NCBI GenBank assembly: GCA_032718475.1
Contig: JAUCBJ010008761.1
Span: 11,301 to 75,300, forward strand
DNA from: Nemertoderma westbladi
Lineage: Eukaryota; Animalia; Xenacoelomorpha
Length of the DNA: 64,000 nucleotides
Reading direction: 5' to 3'
In this document: piece after piece, positions 27,401 through 40,746 of the stretch
Position numbering within the stretch: the first letter of the stretch is position 1
Layout: the number at the start of each line of letters is the position of its first letter
Program-made: the position numbers and the translations under genes
Notes under the pieces: model-generated
What the model was told of the DNA's origin: nothing
Databases searched by the model: none
The model's input: the letters and a program-made list of their open reading frames with translations, nothing else

Positions 27401-29400
27401 TATACCTGTCAGTAATGTACATATATAGAATTGAGATGTACGTTCGACAGACATATATAATGATGTAGTTGCTGGGATTAGGGAGTTGCCCTAAATAATA
27501 GCTACCAACTAATAAAGTTAAAGACGCTAATATGCTACGAGAATAGGTTGTGATTGTTATATGGAGAAGGTTGCCATGCTCAGGTAAACACGCATATTTA
27601 TATGGTCAGGAAACATGTCTTTGAAACTCCAAGCTACACACTATATGCATGCTGGACAATTGTAATACCTCTTATATAAGGATATCATATAGAAATAGCC
27701 TAAATACGAGGCTGGTCGTCCGTACGTCGCAATATAAATATAATATCAATGTCTGGCGGTATAAACATCCACAATACCGAAAATTAAAGAACAACTTTAA
27801 TTTACAGCAATATTTGGTTACTCCAGAAACGTGTAATGGACAAAGCGTGCCACTGACAATGTCTGAATTTAAACAAATTATAAAATATTATAATGGGAAG
27901 GTATTTTAATGAGCGATTGCAAATAACTAAAATGTTCGATTCAGGGGGAGGGCAAAATTATAAAAAAATTAGAATCAGTAGGCGGTCTGTAAATAATGTG
28001 ATTAAATATATTCCATGGTTACTTGTCCTGTGCACTTTGTGACTATTGTGTGTAAGCAAAGTACCGCCGGCCTGTCTGATTAAATATAGTCTCTCTGCAT
28101 GATACCTTGGCGTTGATTAACTGCACAGTAAGAAAGGGTTAATTAAAATCGAAATTGATGTGTATCTGAAAACGCCCAGGGTTAAACCAGCCACCACAAT
28201 TGGATACATATGAATATGATCGGTTCTGTTGAAGTTGATAGTTAATATGCTTATATTATATATTAAAAACAATATTAAGGCAATAAATACATGATAGTTT
28301 TGCGATAGTGCATACTAATATTGCCAAAGCTGCCAGCATACAGACATAAAAATTAACTTACCAGTAACCCAGAGCATACATTATGCACAATTACCATATA
28401 GAACATCATTGCAATATAATTACGATTTCAATGCTTGCTTATGCTTATTGTTCAGGCAAGAAACAAATTTAATCATTATGGTGGTATAACAAACGATAGG
28501 GTAATTATATTCAATACGGAACAATGGTTAGTTCTTATTCTATTGCCCAAGAAACGTTATGATAATAAATTCATAAAAGTATAATTGAAAGAGTTAAGTA
28601 TGCAAGGAATCAGACGAACTGGCGCCAATCTGGCCTTAATAATAGCGTACGCCAGACACAAACAAACTACTAATGGGTTGATAGCATTGGGGGACAATGC
28701 GTGAAGCTATGCTAGTGCGATAGCAGCAATAAGCAGCAAGCTATATGAATGAGTGCGTTTTGCATTGCCTATTAGATAGAAGTATAGCAACCATAATAGC
28801 TTAGGATGATGATGAGACAGCTCACTGCTTTGAATCATAAAGAGTTATTGACCGCATTTTATTAGAGTACAACATAGAACTGCCCATCCGTATAACAAAA
28901 CGGGAATTACAATAGAAATCTTATTTGATTTTTACCAATATAAGCTTGAGTATTGACCAATTCGGCATTATAATACAATGTTTGTTTGTCTTTGTCCCAG
29001 TATATTTGATAAGAGAGTTCCCGTGATCTACCTAGGAACCAATTAATACCGCGTTGTATATAATAGCTGCAGGGGAGGGGGGGGGGGGGGGGGGGGGATG
29101 TTAAAGAGCAATATATACCTCGGGCGAGGCCACATATCAGTCGGGTGCTAATCCAACACGGTTACAAGCAGTAATAACTATAGTGAGATAATAGACCGAA
29201 TCTTCGAACCGCACACACAAGGAGTTAATTACGACATGGGCGCCTGTTAGGGGCCACCCCGATGAATGGAGCCCCCCGGGGGCGCCAACAATGGCCGGCG
29301 CCCTAGTACCTCGGAGCCCTCAACGGGGGTGCCAGTCTAGCTGGAGCCAAGGCCCCCCTCCTCCGCGGGTATACATACATACAAGGGCCGTCTCGGTCTA
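24500..29400 (-). mobile_element. Possible second decayed DIRS/Ngaro-like relic
   Basis: Minus-strand remnants ADASW (RNase H TDAS-like, ~25995-26010) and LCLV (YR LCPV-like, ~24884-24895), plus a GC-rich gag-like block at ~29200-29370. Boundaries approximate. Confidence 0.25.
25206..25277 (-). pseudogene. tRNA-like sequence (pseudo-tRNA or tRNA-derived SINE head), anticodon position TCA
   Basis: Minus strand GCTTTGTATCGGAAAGGTTAGAGCGTCAGACTTCAAACCTAGAGGTCACGAGTTCGATTCCCCCTCGACGCA has an A-box-like and a GTTCGATTC B box at tRNA spacing, but poorly paired stems. Confidence 0.65.
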
Positions 29401-30713
29401 AGATTGTTGTTATCTCATTCAATACTCACGGCCCTATTCATATAGGAGCAGCCAAATTGCTACCTTCGGAATATTGGCCCACCGTGGCAAGCAATATATG
29501 AATTTTTGGGGTGCGGTCGGGCGATTAATTGAGCTAAGCAGTAGATTAATGTTAATTTCCAATCTTGTGCGAATTACTTCCATTTTTTTTTTTTTACTAT
29601 GGTGTAAGTCGGAACAATTATGTTTAAACGTTTCATCAAGTTAGTAAAACGCAACGCAGAAAATCAATATTCCTAACAAACGGGGCTATAGGTAATCTAC
29701 ATCGCAGTAAAAGCCCAGGCACATTGATTTACTTTGGTCGCCACTTTACTCTGCCAATCAGAGCAATCAATGTCTTTATAAACGTGTGAAATAAAGAGAT
29801 GGATTGCTCAACAATCGTTGATACATCTGACGCCACGGTTGTTATTGAGGCTCTGGAGTGGGACACACGGCCAGTGTTGGGAGCCATTATGGGATAGTTC
29901 GGGGGGGGGGGGGGGGGGGGGGGGGGCATTTAGTATAGAAACAATCCGTGCGAAACTAATATATTATGAAAAATGTATATTCCGCAATCTATGGGAGTAC
30001 AGCAGTACACCCCCAGAATGGTGCAGAAGGTTAACTTAATCAATAACCAGTAACCGCCCCCCCTGGTACCATACGGAAAATATACCTGATTTAAAGTCAA
30101 TAACAAAAAAATAACAAAAACCCAGCGGATTTGCTAATCTGATATGCAATATTCATTACCGGGGCTCCATTAAGGGAAATGTTTCTTTGTTTTTTTATGC
30201 GAATTACGAGTTCACGACATTAGATTGGACTGTTTGTCGCCGATACTTGGGTTCTGAGAGAGACATCGAGACTAAGTATTAGGACAGGAACCTCTAGTTA
30301 TGTAGAAGGCTTTAAAGTAAAGGTTGCCAGTCTGTCTACCTTACTTCCTGCCTGGAGGCCAAAATAATTGGTGGCGTCCCTGCCTTAGTGAAGTAATGAA
30401 GCCAGATCTACAGACATTGATAGCTTTACTACATTAATGGCATGGCGCCACGGATTTTCTATCGACTACAAATCAAAATAAACAGTTAAATAAAAACAAT
30501 AAACATTTCGGTCAATGGTTAATATTGGATTCAATTAGATATAAATTTAATAACAATATGTACACGGTACCTAGTATAATCCTACAAGCATGGAGGACTG
30601 GCCAACGTGGCCATACTCAACTGAATACCATATTGATTAAATTTCTCCCCATTTAATATTACTTCCAGTGATATAGGACCTGGTTGTTACCGACAATATT
30701 ATGGTAAACTCAC

Positions 30714-30803
30714 CCCCAACGTCTTACTCCGCATCCGCACATAGCCTTGTTTTAGTACCTCGGTGTGGCCCGTCCAGGTCTGAGATGTTGGTAATGACGT
30801 CAT
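30714..30803 (-). CDS. DOK5: DOK4/5/6-like docking protein, coding exon 1
   Basis: MTSLPTSQTWTGHTEVLKQGYVRMRSKTLG then GTGAGT donor (phase 0); matches the DOK4/5/6 start IVKQGYVRIRSRRLG. Acceptor TTTCAG lies at 30874-30879. The symbol marks the DOK4/5/6 group, not a specific paralogue. Confidence 0.88.
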
Positions 30804-31070
30804 TGCTTTCTAGGACCTCGATTTTCGTATCAAACAAACAGATGATGATATACCACGAGTAAACTACCGGTATCTGAAATAAATCCAAAAGTACTGTGAG
30901 TGAAGTGATGTCAAAACACAAGTTGAAACGCAAGTGAAATAAATGTTAGTTTATTGTTTAGAGAACACCGCCGCTGTTTGAGTTATACGCAGTTACTGTA
31001 TATTGTAATTAATTACCCGGTAGATGTTTATATATATGTACCAGTACTGGGCCTTAATAAATACTTACTG

Positions 31071-31140
31071 ACTTACCAACTTGGATGATATTATAATATG
31101 ATCTCAGAAGAAGTGACTCTTTCAGCACAAAGCATAATAA
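31071..31140 (-). other. Putative donor and 3' end of a non-coding 5' exon of the DOK gene
   Basis: Strong TTG|GTAAGT donor (GT at 31075-31076), ~200 nt upstream of the acceptor before the ATG exon. The exon start is not determined. Confidence 0.45.
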
Positions 31141-31457
31141 AATTCTCACAAATTCACAATATCAGAATTAATATATTAGATTTATAATATATAATTTATA
31201 TACTTCTCAATCCCAATCTCAATAATTTACAAATATCCTGTTTAAATCTAACTGTCTAAATAATCTACAATTAACCTACTCTATTTTTAGCACATTGTTT
31301 AGGAGTAGGGGTCGCCTATTTTCAGAAATTCGTATTTTGACATAGTCACTGTGCGTTGTTATATTTTGTTAGGTACTGTACCTGTACCGAAATTCATATA
31401 CTCAAATACAGTGTAATACTGTAATGTAATGTACCGCTATACCGGTATAGCAAAAAG

Positions 31458-31714
31458 CCAATTGCGGTGCCGTTTCAGCCTTCTCATAGGGTTAATGTTA
31501 AATTAACATTGAAAAATGAGTGCCTAGAACTGAAAATTTTACTCTAAACTGTGTTCCTAAATTTAGTTTATTCTTTTGGTTAGAAAAGCCTGCCATTATA
31601 ACCTGCTACTTTCCTTTAAAATGTACCTTGAATGGTGAATATCGAAATTAAATATTCGCAAAATAAAGTTAATATGTTTGATGTTAAAATAGGCTGAAAC
31701 GACACCCCAATTGG
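31458..31714. mobile_element. Small MITE-like element upstream of the DOK gene
   Basis: 24-bp inverted repeats CCAATTGCGGTGCCGTTTCAGCCT / AGGCTGAAACGACACCCCAATTGG (22/24 match). TSD unclear. Confidence 0.55.
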
Positions 31715-33214
31715 TAATATGCGTGCCGGTAGGCCTACACAGCCTAACATAACAAATTGTAGCATTGGCTCTTTGATTCGGTTTCGGTCGGTAGCCTACT
31801 CGGTATAGCGTATCGGATGAATGTCTTTATACTGGCAGACTGGTATATCATGTACGAAAATCGATAAAATTTTTAGATTAGCAAATAGGCCTATCCACCT
31901 GCTACAATCAGTTACCGGTAGCGCGGTAGGTCTTTCAACTGTTCAACATTAATTACCTAAAGTTTGCTTTAACTCCCAGGCAGGAAGTTAGGTGACAGTA
32001 TAAATACCAGCTAAAACTCTTACCTGTAGTACCAGAAAGAGAAAGTGCACTGGAGCCTGGAGCATCAACATTCAACAGACAGAAAAATACTTTCTAATGA
32101 CATATTTAATTTGAGTTATGACTATAGAAGTCAATAAAATAATATTATGCGCCATCCATGCCTAGCCCATCCCAGGCACCAGGTGACAGGCCCACCACTC
32201 ACACCGGCACTTGTGTCAAATAGAGAGGGAGGGGACCCTCCTACTCCTACTGTCGTAATCTGCTAATACTGAAATCACCTAACCTGAAGTCACTGGTCTG
32301 CTGGTGCCCGGTTAGTAAAGGAGCAGGTCACAGACTAACAGAGGCGAGTTGAAAGGAACCAAAACAATAAACGAGAGTTAGGAATATTGTTATCACTTGC
32401 TAAATTTCAGGATTAGCAGGAGATTTCAAGTGCCCTCACACCATTCCTACCATATTGGACTATTAATTGCCATAGCAGCATAAGATTATGCGGCAGCGGC
32501 ATAGTGATGGTATGGTTCTACGGTAGGCTATAATAGGGTACTGTAATATGTAAACCAAGGCAGGTTCGGTACAGCGGTAGACAAATATAAATTAAATAAT
32601 AAGACCATACAAAGCCATAAATGAATACCGGTAGGCCTGTCAGCGTCAGCCATAAATAATTAAACTAACGATAGTAGAAGTAGAGTACAAAGTAATTTTA
32701 GTTTTACTTATTAAGTCAAGACAGACTGCCACCCATGCAACTAATACAAACAAACAATAACCAGTCTCACACCATGTGCAACTCAACTAAATAAATGAAG
32801 TCAAACCAGCTGAGGCTGCATATATAATATTCCTTTGCGATCCAATCATTGATTGGCGGTTTGGAGTGCATAGGTTGAGTTGCCCCTTAGTGGGATTAAA
32901 TGGCATTTAACTACTAATAATAGATTTAATATTTCGACGAATGATGGCGTATATGAATGATTTCACATGACAATGACTGGAATTCATGCGGTCAGTTAAT
33001 TCATTAGTTCAGTCAGCAATTAATTATTTTGCTTTCTCAGTTGAATATTAGGCCTATACCATACCATACTCTCTACTCCATCCCGGAGGTCACCAGTTCG
33101 ATCCCACCTGGACGTCATTGCTGACTTTGCAAAAGCTGTGCCCAACAAAAAGTTATAATACTCTGTACTATTATACTAAAACTAAACTGTATAAAACTAA
33201 ACTGTACTATACTC

Positions 33215-34987
33215 TATGGTGGCCCAGAAGGGAGAACTTAAAAAATATTTCATTTCGAGTAAAAAAAAACGACAAAAACAAATTTTTCATGAATTCTTGT
33301 TTTTGTAGTTTTTTTTTTATTTCACCACAAATAAAAAAAACGACAAAAACGAATTATTCATGAAATTCTTGTTTTTGACGTTTTTTTTATTTTACTATGT
33401 ACAAATAAAAAAAACGACAAAAACGAATTATTCATGAATTTCTTGTTTTTGTCGTTTTTTTTTATTTCACCACAAATTTAAAAACGACAAAAACGAATTA
33501 TTCAAGAATTCTTGTTTTTATCGATTTTTTTATTTCACTACAAATGCAATGGAAAAAGCCCAAAAAGTTTTCAGAGGGAAATTTAAACTGCCCAAATGTG
33601 CGGCGCCGCCCCAGTAATTTATCAGTACTTTCTGTACTTTCCCTACCATTGATTTGATTCTATCGCTATATTCCTCAAAGAAACCGACGGTCAGGCCCGT
33701 ATGGTGATCATAATATCTGGGGGGGAGAGGGGGGGGGGGGGGGGGGGCAAACCCATTACTGGGATTTGTGGAGCGGAGCATACAACCAAGTGAGAGTTAA
33801 TGTAGTACATACAGTATATAATCAATATTGTTGAAAGGCGTATGGGGCGAGCCACGAAGTTGGCGGAGCCTTGGCGAACTGACAATATTGTAGTATGTCA
33901 ATAATGGCAAATAGTTGTTGACGTAACGATTTCATTAACGTAACATTCAAATAACTTTGTTAGATTTAAAGCTGTCGAATTGAAAATTTGTAGGCATAAA
34001 TATGTCCAAAACTTGACATTATTTAACGACTTTTGACACCAACAGTTCAACAGTCTCCTGCTAGATGGGTACTGTACATGACTAAGCCTTAAATGTCCTC
34101 ACATTTCTTTGCTTTTAATCCGTTTAAGCGGAAAGGCAAGGGGTAGGTTAATGCCATGTAGTAATATACAGTATAATTGGACTAAAATGGGATGGTGGGG
34201 AGTCAGGTCAGTGTGTATGTAGACGTGTGTATCTATATATATAAATATCAAGGCAGAACCCCCTAAGTCGATTTTTGTAGTTCTGAGATATCGATAAAAA
34301 CTGTTTATTTTTTAAAGAGATGCCTCAGTTTACTTGTTATTGTGTTTTTTGATAACTAAATATATATAGAATTCATATACTGTAACTAAACTTTCAATTT
34401 GATTTAGAATTACCTTTGAAATATATTTCGGTTTTTTTGTAAAAATTCTGACTTATGGTGTTTTGCCACTACAAAGGGGAACACCATTTTCCTGTATTAT
34501 CCCGTAACTATACGATAGTTGCGGGGTATTGCCTAGAAAACAAGGTATCCTCAATTTGGCAAAACACCATAAGTACGAATTTTTACAAAAAACACGGAAA
34601 ATATATCAAAAAATAGCCAAGGCGTATCGTACGTCCTTAATAATTTAGTGCGTAGTGCGCACGTAATACATGTGCGCATTTGTTATTAGCTAATAAGTGC
34701 TATCTAACATGTTAACTAGCACATGATCAGGTGTTAGTATTACCTGTAAACGCAATAATAACAAATAATCACATACAATATAGCTAACACACTTGCGCAC
34801 ATGTTGGAAATTTTTGAATTCAAAATTCTAAAGGGCTCCATAAGTTTTCGATATTTTGGTATAAATAAAAATAAAAAAAAATATATAAAAAAACGACAAA
34901 AACAAGAATTCATGAATAATTAGTTTTTGTCGTTTTTTTTTACTCGAAATGAAATATTTTTTAAGTTGTCTCTTCTGGGCCACCATA
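33215..34987. mobile_element. IS3EU-type non-autonomous DNA transposon with nested insertions
   Basis: ~100-bp imperfect TIRs starting TATGGTGGCCCAGAAG and ending CTTCTGGGCCACCATA, with an exact 6-bp TSD ATACTC (33209-33214 and 34988-34993). TAY..RTA ends with a 6-bp TSD fit IS3EU. Confidence 0.75.
33841..34130 (-). mobile_element. Truncated inverted copy of the HINE-like family at 14058-16290
   Basis: TGGGGCGAGCCACGAAGTTGGCGGAGCCTT.GCGAA.TGACA is the reverse complement of ~16245-16288, followed by one diverged partial array unit (TTGCTTTTAATCCGTTTAAGC). Confidence 0.8.
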
Positions 34988-35185
34988 ATACTCAGATACT
35001 GTTATAAATATTTTCAAATTATTTAATGTTAAGCAGAATTTCCTATGACCATGTCCTGGAATATAGTTTCTGTATTCAGGTAGGCCTACATGCCTGAGTT
35101 ACTATATTTATCCTTCAACCTTATAGCGATTTGTTGTTACTGTTTGAAAGCTGGGTGTACTGTAAACGTTACGCCAACAGCATAT

Positions 35186-36535
35186 AGCAGACAACCGACA
35201 ACCGAGAGCAGACAACCGACAGCAGACTACCGACAGCAGACAACCGACAGCAGACAACCGACAGCAGATAACCGACAGCAGATAACCGACAGCAGACAAC
35301 CGACAGCCGACAACTGACAACAGACAACCGACAGCAGACAACAGACATCCGACAGCAGAAAACCGACAGCAGACAACGGACAGCCGACAACCAACAGTAG
35401 ACAATCGACAGCAGATAACCGACAGCAGCCATCCGACAGCAGGCAACCGACAGCAGACTACCGACAGCAGGCAACCGACAGCAGACTACCGACAGCAGGC
35501 AACCGACAGCAGACAAACGACAGTAGACAGCCGACAACCGACAGCAGACAACTGGCAGCAGACAACCGACAGCAGACAACCGACGGATGACAGCAGAAAA
35601 CCGACAGCCGTCAACCGACAGCAGACAACCGTGAGCAGACAACCGACAGCAGACAACCGACAGCAGAGAACCGACAGCAGACAACCGACAGCAGAAAACC
35701 GACAGCAGACAACCGACAGCCGTCAACCGACAGCAGACAACCTACAGCAGACAACCGACTGCAAACAACCGACAGCAGACAACCGACAGCAGACAACCGT
35801 GAGCAGACAATCGACAGCAGACAACGGACAGCCGACGCGCAGCAGACAACCGACAACAAACAACAGACAGCAGACAACCGACAGCAGGCAACCGACAGCA
35901 GACAACCGACAGCAGACAACCGACAGCAGACAATCGACAGCAGACAACCGACAGCAGACAACCGACACCAGACAACCTACAGTAGACAATCGAGAGCAGA
36001 GAACCGACAACCGACAGCAGACATCAGACAACCGACAGCCGCCAACCGACAGCAGACAACCGTCAGCAGACAACCGACAGCAGACAACCGACAGCAGACA
36101 ACCGACAGCAGTCAACCGACAGCAGACAACCGTGAGCAGACAACCGACAGCAGACAACGGACAGCCGACGCGCAGCAGACAACCGTCAACAGACAACCGA
36201 TAGCAGACAACCGACAGCAGACAACCGAGAGCAGACAACCGACAGTAGACAACCGAGAGCAGAGAACCGACAGCAGACAACCGACAGCAGACAACCGACA
36301 GCAGACAACCGACAGCAGACAACCGACAGCTGACAGCAAAAAACCGACAGCCGTCAACCGACAGCATACAACCGTGAGCAGACTATCGACAGCAGACTAC
36401 CGACATCAGACAACCGACAGCAGACAACCGACAGCCGACAACCAACAGCAAACAATTGACAGCAGAGAACCGACAGCAGTCATCCGACAGCAGGCAACCG
36501 ATAGCAGACTACCGACAGCAGACAACCGACAGCAG
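35186..36535. repeat. 14-bp minisatellite (CAGCAGACAACCGA)n, ~95 copies
   Basis: Direct periodicity of two related 7-mers. It explains the spurious ORFs at 35090-36580 and ends abruptly at the LTR. Confidence 0.97.
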
Positions 36536-36536
36536 G

Positions 36537-37754
36537 TGTTCGCGCTTTCAGACCTTTGGCAGTTTAACCCACCAAATTAAGATGTCTTCTAGATATTAAA
36601 TCGGTTTTTAGTCTATGACAAGTATTTGATTCACTACACTAGTCGAAACCAATCTGTGCGCGATCATTCACCCGCTGGATATTCCCGGGAGATTGGGTTC
36701 GACGGTTTAATTTTATTGCTATGTAAGCCTAATGTATTATTCGACTGACAGTACTATATAATCTCTGACAATATTATTCACCTTCGGTAATATTAACAGT
36801 TCCTTTAGGACTTGGCGCTTTATCTATATAAACAGAGTTATGACTTAAACTACTCACAACGATATGGCTTAATTATAATTCACATATATGGCGCATTCTT
36901 TAGGAATTGCTTCTTTAACAGACTCACTCATACACAATGCTGCACAATACTGCACACTAATCTGCCAATCTTCACTGATTTTAGTCACATATAAAAGGAA
37001 CACAGACTGACTCATGTAGGGTCTATCAAATAACATTAGATTCAGTTCAAACCACTTTAACATAAGTCACAATCGTTTATCTGTAACCCTTCTCTCTTAC
37101 CTTCGGTATATCAAGAATATTGGGTTTCGGGGTTATTTATCGTTATTCCAAATATAATTATTCATCAACCATATTATGAAGAACTGACGGTAAATAGCAG
37201 TGTAAAACAACAATGAAAACACTGATTGTTATGAGTTTGCAATGTTTCAGCAGTCAGCATGTATGATCAGTCAGCAGTTAAAGGATATATGTCCTTGTAA
37301 TTAAACCTACTAGTGTAAGACTAAAAACAGTAAAGCACAAAATACTTCCAAGCCGTTCTTTCTTTGGCTCAGGACTGAATGTAAACACTGCACATAGGCA
37401 TTGCGTCATTTCTCGGAAATTTTCTGTACAAGGAGCCACAAAAACGCTCTAATTGGCTGACTGAACTGAGAGACGCCGTAGAACAAAGGAAATCAACACG
37501 TATGAATGTCAGCTGTTAACCGTAGTCATAGTAACTACTGTTCAAGAGTAGCTATCACCCCTTTGCGTCACGAATTGCCATAGAATCATAAAATATGCCT
37601 TTCACAGTACACATACGGAGGAAATAGGTCTTAGATCCTCTAAAAACACCGATACAGCAATAATACGGTCTCTTACACTTATTAAATCAACTACAGAGTA
37701 TTTTAATGTAAAAGATAATAAAAATAACGGGGCAATTCAGCAAAGGCTTTTACA
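36537..37754 (-). repeat. 3' LTR (1218 bp)
   Basis: TGTTCGCGC...GGCTTTTACA; matches 50938-52196 except ~18 substitutions and a 41-bp deletion. Confidence 0.97.
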
Positions 37755-37762
37755 CCGCTCCC
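37755..37762 (-). promoter_or_regulatory. Polypurine tract (plus-strand primer)
   Basis: Minus strand GGGAGCGG immediately before TGTAAAAG of the 3' LTR. Confidence 0.8.
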
Positions 37763-39922
37763 AGAAAATGGGATTTTCAGTCTATAAAATATAAAAATCA
37801 CAGTTTCTAAAACATAAAGATACTCTAAACAGTTAGTCTTTCTTACGCAGACGGCGTTTACGCAGTTTCTTGAGGCTAGCAAGAGTCCTTTTCTCTTTGG
37901 GGGGAGCCACTTTACTAGGAGGGCTATAAATCCTGGGTGAAGGGTGCAATATGATTGCATCAGAAGGTGTAGGATTATGGTCGGGGTATCCGCCGTTTCG
38001 ATATGCTTCTCCTCGAGCTGATTTTCCTCCGCTCGTAGCTGGATACGTTCATCCAAAAACTCTCGCAGAGAATGGGGTTGTCTAAGTGCGATATCTTCTT
38101 AGAGATTCTGGATTTCCCAATCGAATTGAGATAAGGCCAATTCGTTTATCGATTGGACTTACTGTTATAACTTACATTTATCTGAACAAACGCAGGTTTC
38201 TTTTTTGATCTTTATAGAATAGCGTTTAACTCGTTTCGTACAACGCTCTCCTTCACCTTGATGAGGGGTTGTATCGCGTTAAACGGGGACGACCATACGG
38301 TTGGATAGTGATATTAGGTGTCCGCGTCACAATCCGGCTAGGTAAGATGGGCGGCTAGCTAGAAATCACTGTCGGAGTGTTACCGATTAATTGTTAGGGT
38401 AGCACTAGATCTTTGAACAGTGAATACAGTCCGCGAGGATCCGCGACACCACCAGGATCGCATGTCTGAGGTCCAACTAAGGAATGAGGAGGTTTGACCG
38501 AGTATTCCAGGACTCTGATCGTAGGTTTACTCCAGGATCGTTCGAGCCGAGTGAGCATAGGTGATACGTCAACAATTTTCGGTTTACGTGGATGTTTATG
38601 TCTTTCCGTTTATTAGTTGGGTCTAGGGCATTTATCGTAATAATACCAAAGACGCACGTCTGGTAGGGTAAACGCGGGTGACATTTATTTGTTGTTACAA
38701 TGCTTCTATCAAGAATTCCAAATATACGTTGGAGTTACCGCGTCCATTTGTTTCTTTAGTGTCTTTTCTTTCGAGTCGATTTCGAATAGAATTTTCGCAT
38801 TCGAATTTCAGTTTATGGTTCCGACTCCGCTGGGCAGGATATATAGTCGACATAGTCCGTATTGTGTAAATCGATAGGATGACCAGTAGTTAAGAAGACC
38901 ATATACGTACCATTACGCTGCGTATATCGAGCAGCGAATTTTCTATAGTCCAACTCGCGCGAGCTGCTCTTGGGACATTGGCGGTTCGACATAACGACCA
39001 TCGTCCTCCGCAGCAGTTGGACTAACGTCGCCGCGTATTAAGCTATCAACAAACGCTTGTAAAAGTAGAGTATATCGCTCCCCGATACTAAGACCATCTT
39101 CTATCAACTCCGTCATATCTGCTATATATGAGTTTATCCATATTATAATGAGTTTATATTTAGGCGAGCGGGCGTCGCTGCCTACCCCAATCAACCCCCG
39201 GACAGTACGAGATCCTCAGCGCCGATGTGTCGTCGCCGCTGTACTTTCGCCAACGACGTAGCCGCACAACGACAACGACAACCGGCACAAGTCACTCAAC
39301 TGTCCGTCCCAAAGGCTTAGATGTACTTCAGGTTTCCTTGGAGAGTTAGGTTACTTTTACGATTGCGACTAGCTACTGTAAACACACCTTAGCAGTAACA
39401 TTCACCTATAAACTCACAAATACCACACACACAACTTGTCACAAATTACACACACTCGGGTCACTTGTCCGTTAGTCAATGCCTTCCAGAATGTCACTGT
39501 ATTATTATGTATTCTTGGATACTATCAGTGCACTATTTATTCCCTATGCTATTCAATGGGACAAGCTTTCTATTGTTCTTTTAACTCAATTCTAATTCTA
39601 GCGTGGTTGTTGCTATGGTGACATTATGCAAAGCTAGCGGTAGAATTAGAGTGATTCCAATGCATACAGATCTGGGATGTTATTTAATAGTAATTCTTTA
39701 ATAGTCAATGTTCTGTTTTATACATGACTTTATGAATTTTATCGGCTATTGACTATGTTTGGGAGACTTTCACACACTCATACGCTTGATCTATTAATTA
39801 ATGGAATTTTGGGAACTTTATAAATTGCGTAAAAATGGCAATTTATTAAATTCATTAAAAGGCATGAATTTAAATTGATTCCCTGAAATTTTATTATTTG
39901 ATAATTAAATGGACATATTTGG

Positions 39923-40233
39923 ATTCCAGAACATGTCTGGGGACACAAGATCCTTAATTCTATGACAATTGTCTTTTTAAGAATATCGGTAAATACTACG
40001 ATATCTTAATTGACTAGAATTATTAAAGGATCTGAATTTTACAGATTTTGATTTATTAGATTTTGCAAATATTAATTAATTAATATTTGAGATGGGCACC
40101 GATTTATTCCAGAACTTGTCTGGGGACGTTAACCACTGATTCTAGAATTTGTCTTTCAAGTATATCGGTGGGTGCCGCGATATCTTAATCGACTAGAATT
40201 ACAGATGGTCAAAGGGTTTAACAGATTTATTTT
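39923..40233. repeat. Diverged ~130-bp direct duplication in the BEL 3' non-coding region
   Basis: ATTCCAGAAC.TGTCTGGGGAC...TATCGGT...CGATATCTTAAT.GACTAGAATTA at ~39923 and ~40106. Confidence 0.8.
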
Positions 40234-40746
40234 GCGTTATACGCTACTGTTAAAGGGACATCACGCTACTATATGTATTATTTAATATACGGTATGAGAG
40301 CAATATCGCACGAAGCAATGTCAGTGTGAAGAGGCAAGTCGTTTCCAAGGTCTACCCAGAGCTTGGTTTAGCCGAGACACGAGGATCTGAACTTTGCATT
40401 CCTAATACTCTGCCTACCAATAATACTTAAATATAGTAGTGGCTTTATTGTACTTTAATAAGTACAGACATTTCATCTTACTGTAGTTACGTATTTATAA
40501 TATAATACGGACAGTAAGGAAAGAGAAAAAATAATTATTTCTTCGCCGTCGCACTAAATATAATATAAGTAAGTATGTACGTAATAAACACGAATATATT
40601 GCACTATTCTACAAAATAATCGCTAAATAATATTCTACTAAATTAAATAAAACGATTATAATAAAATTACATAGTAATCCATACATAAATATAAAGATGA
40701 TAAAATAATATAAAATAATAGAGTCACACGCCCACTCCGAACGATA

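Noticed and set aside
35090-36580. Long ORFs rich in CCRLSAVG or RQQTTDS
   Set aside because: Artefacts of the 14-bp satellite on both strands.
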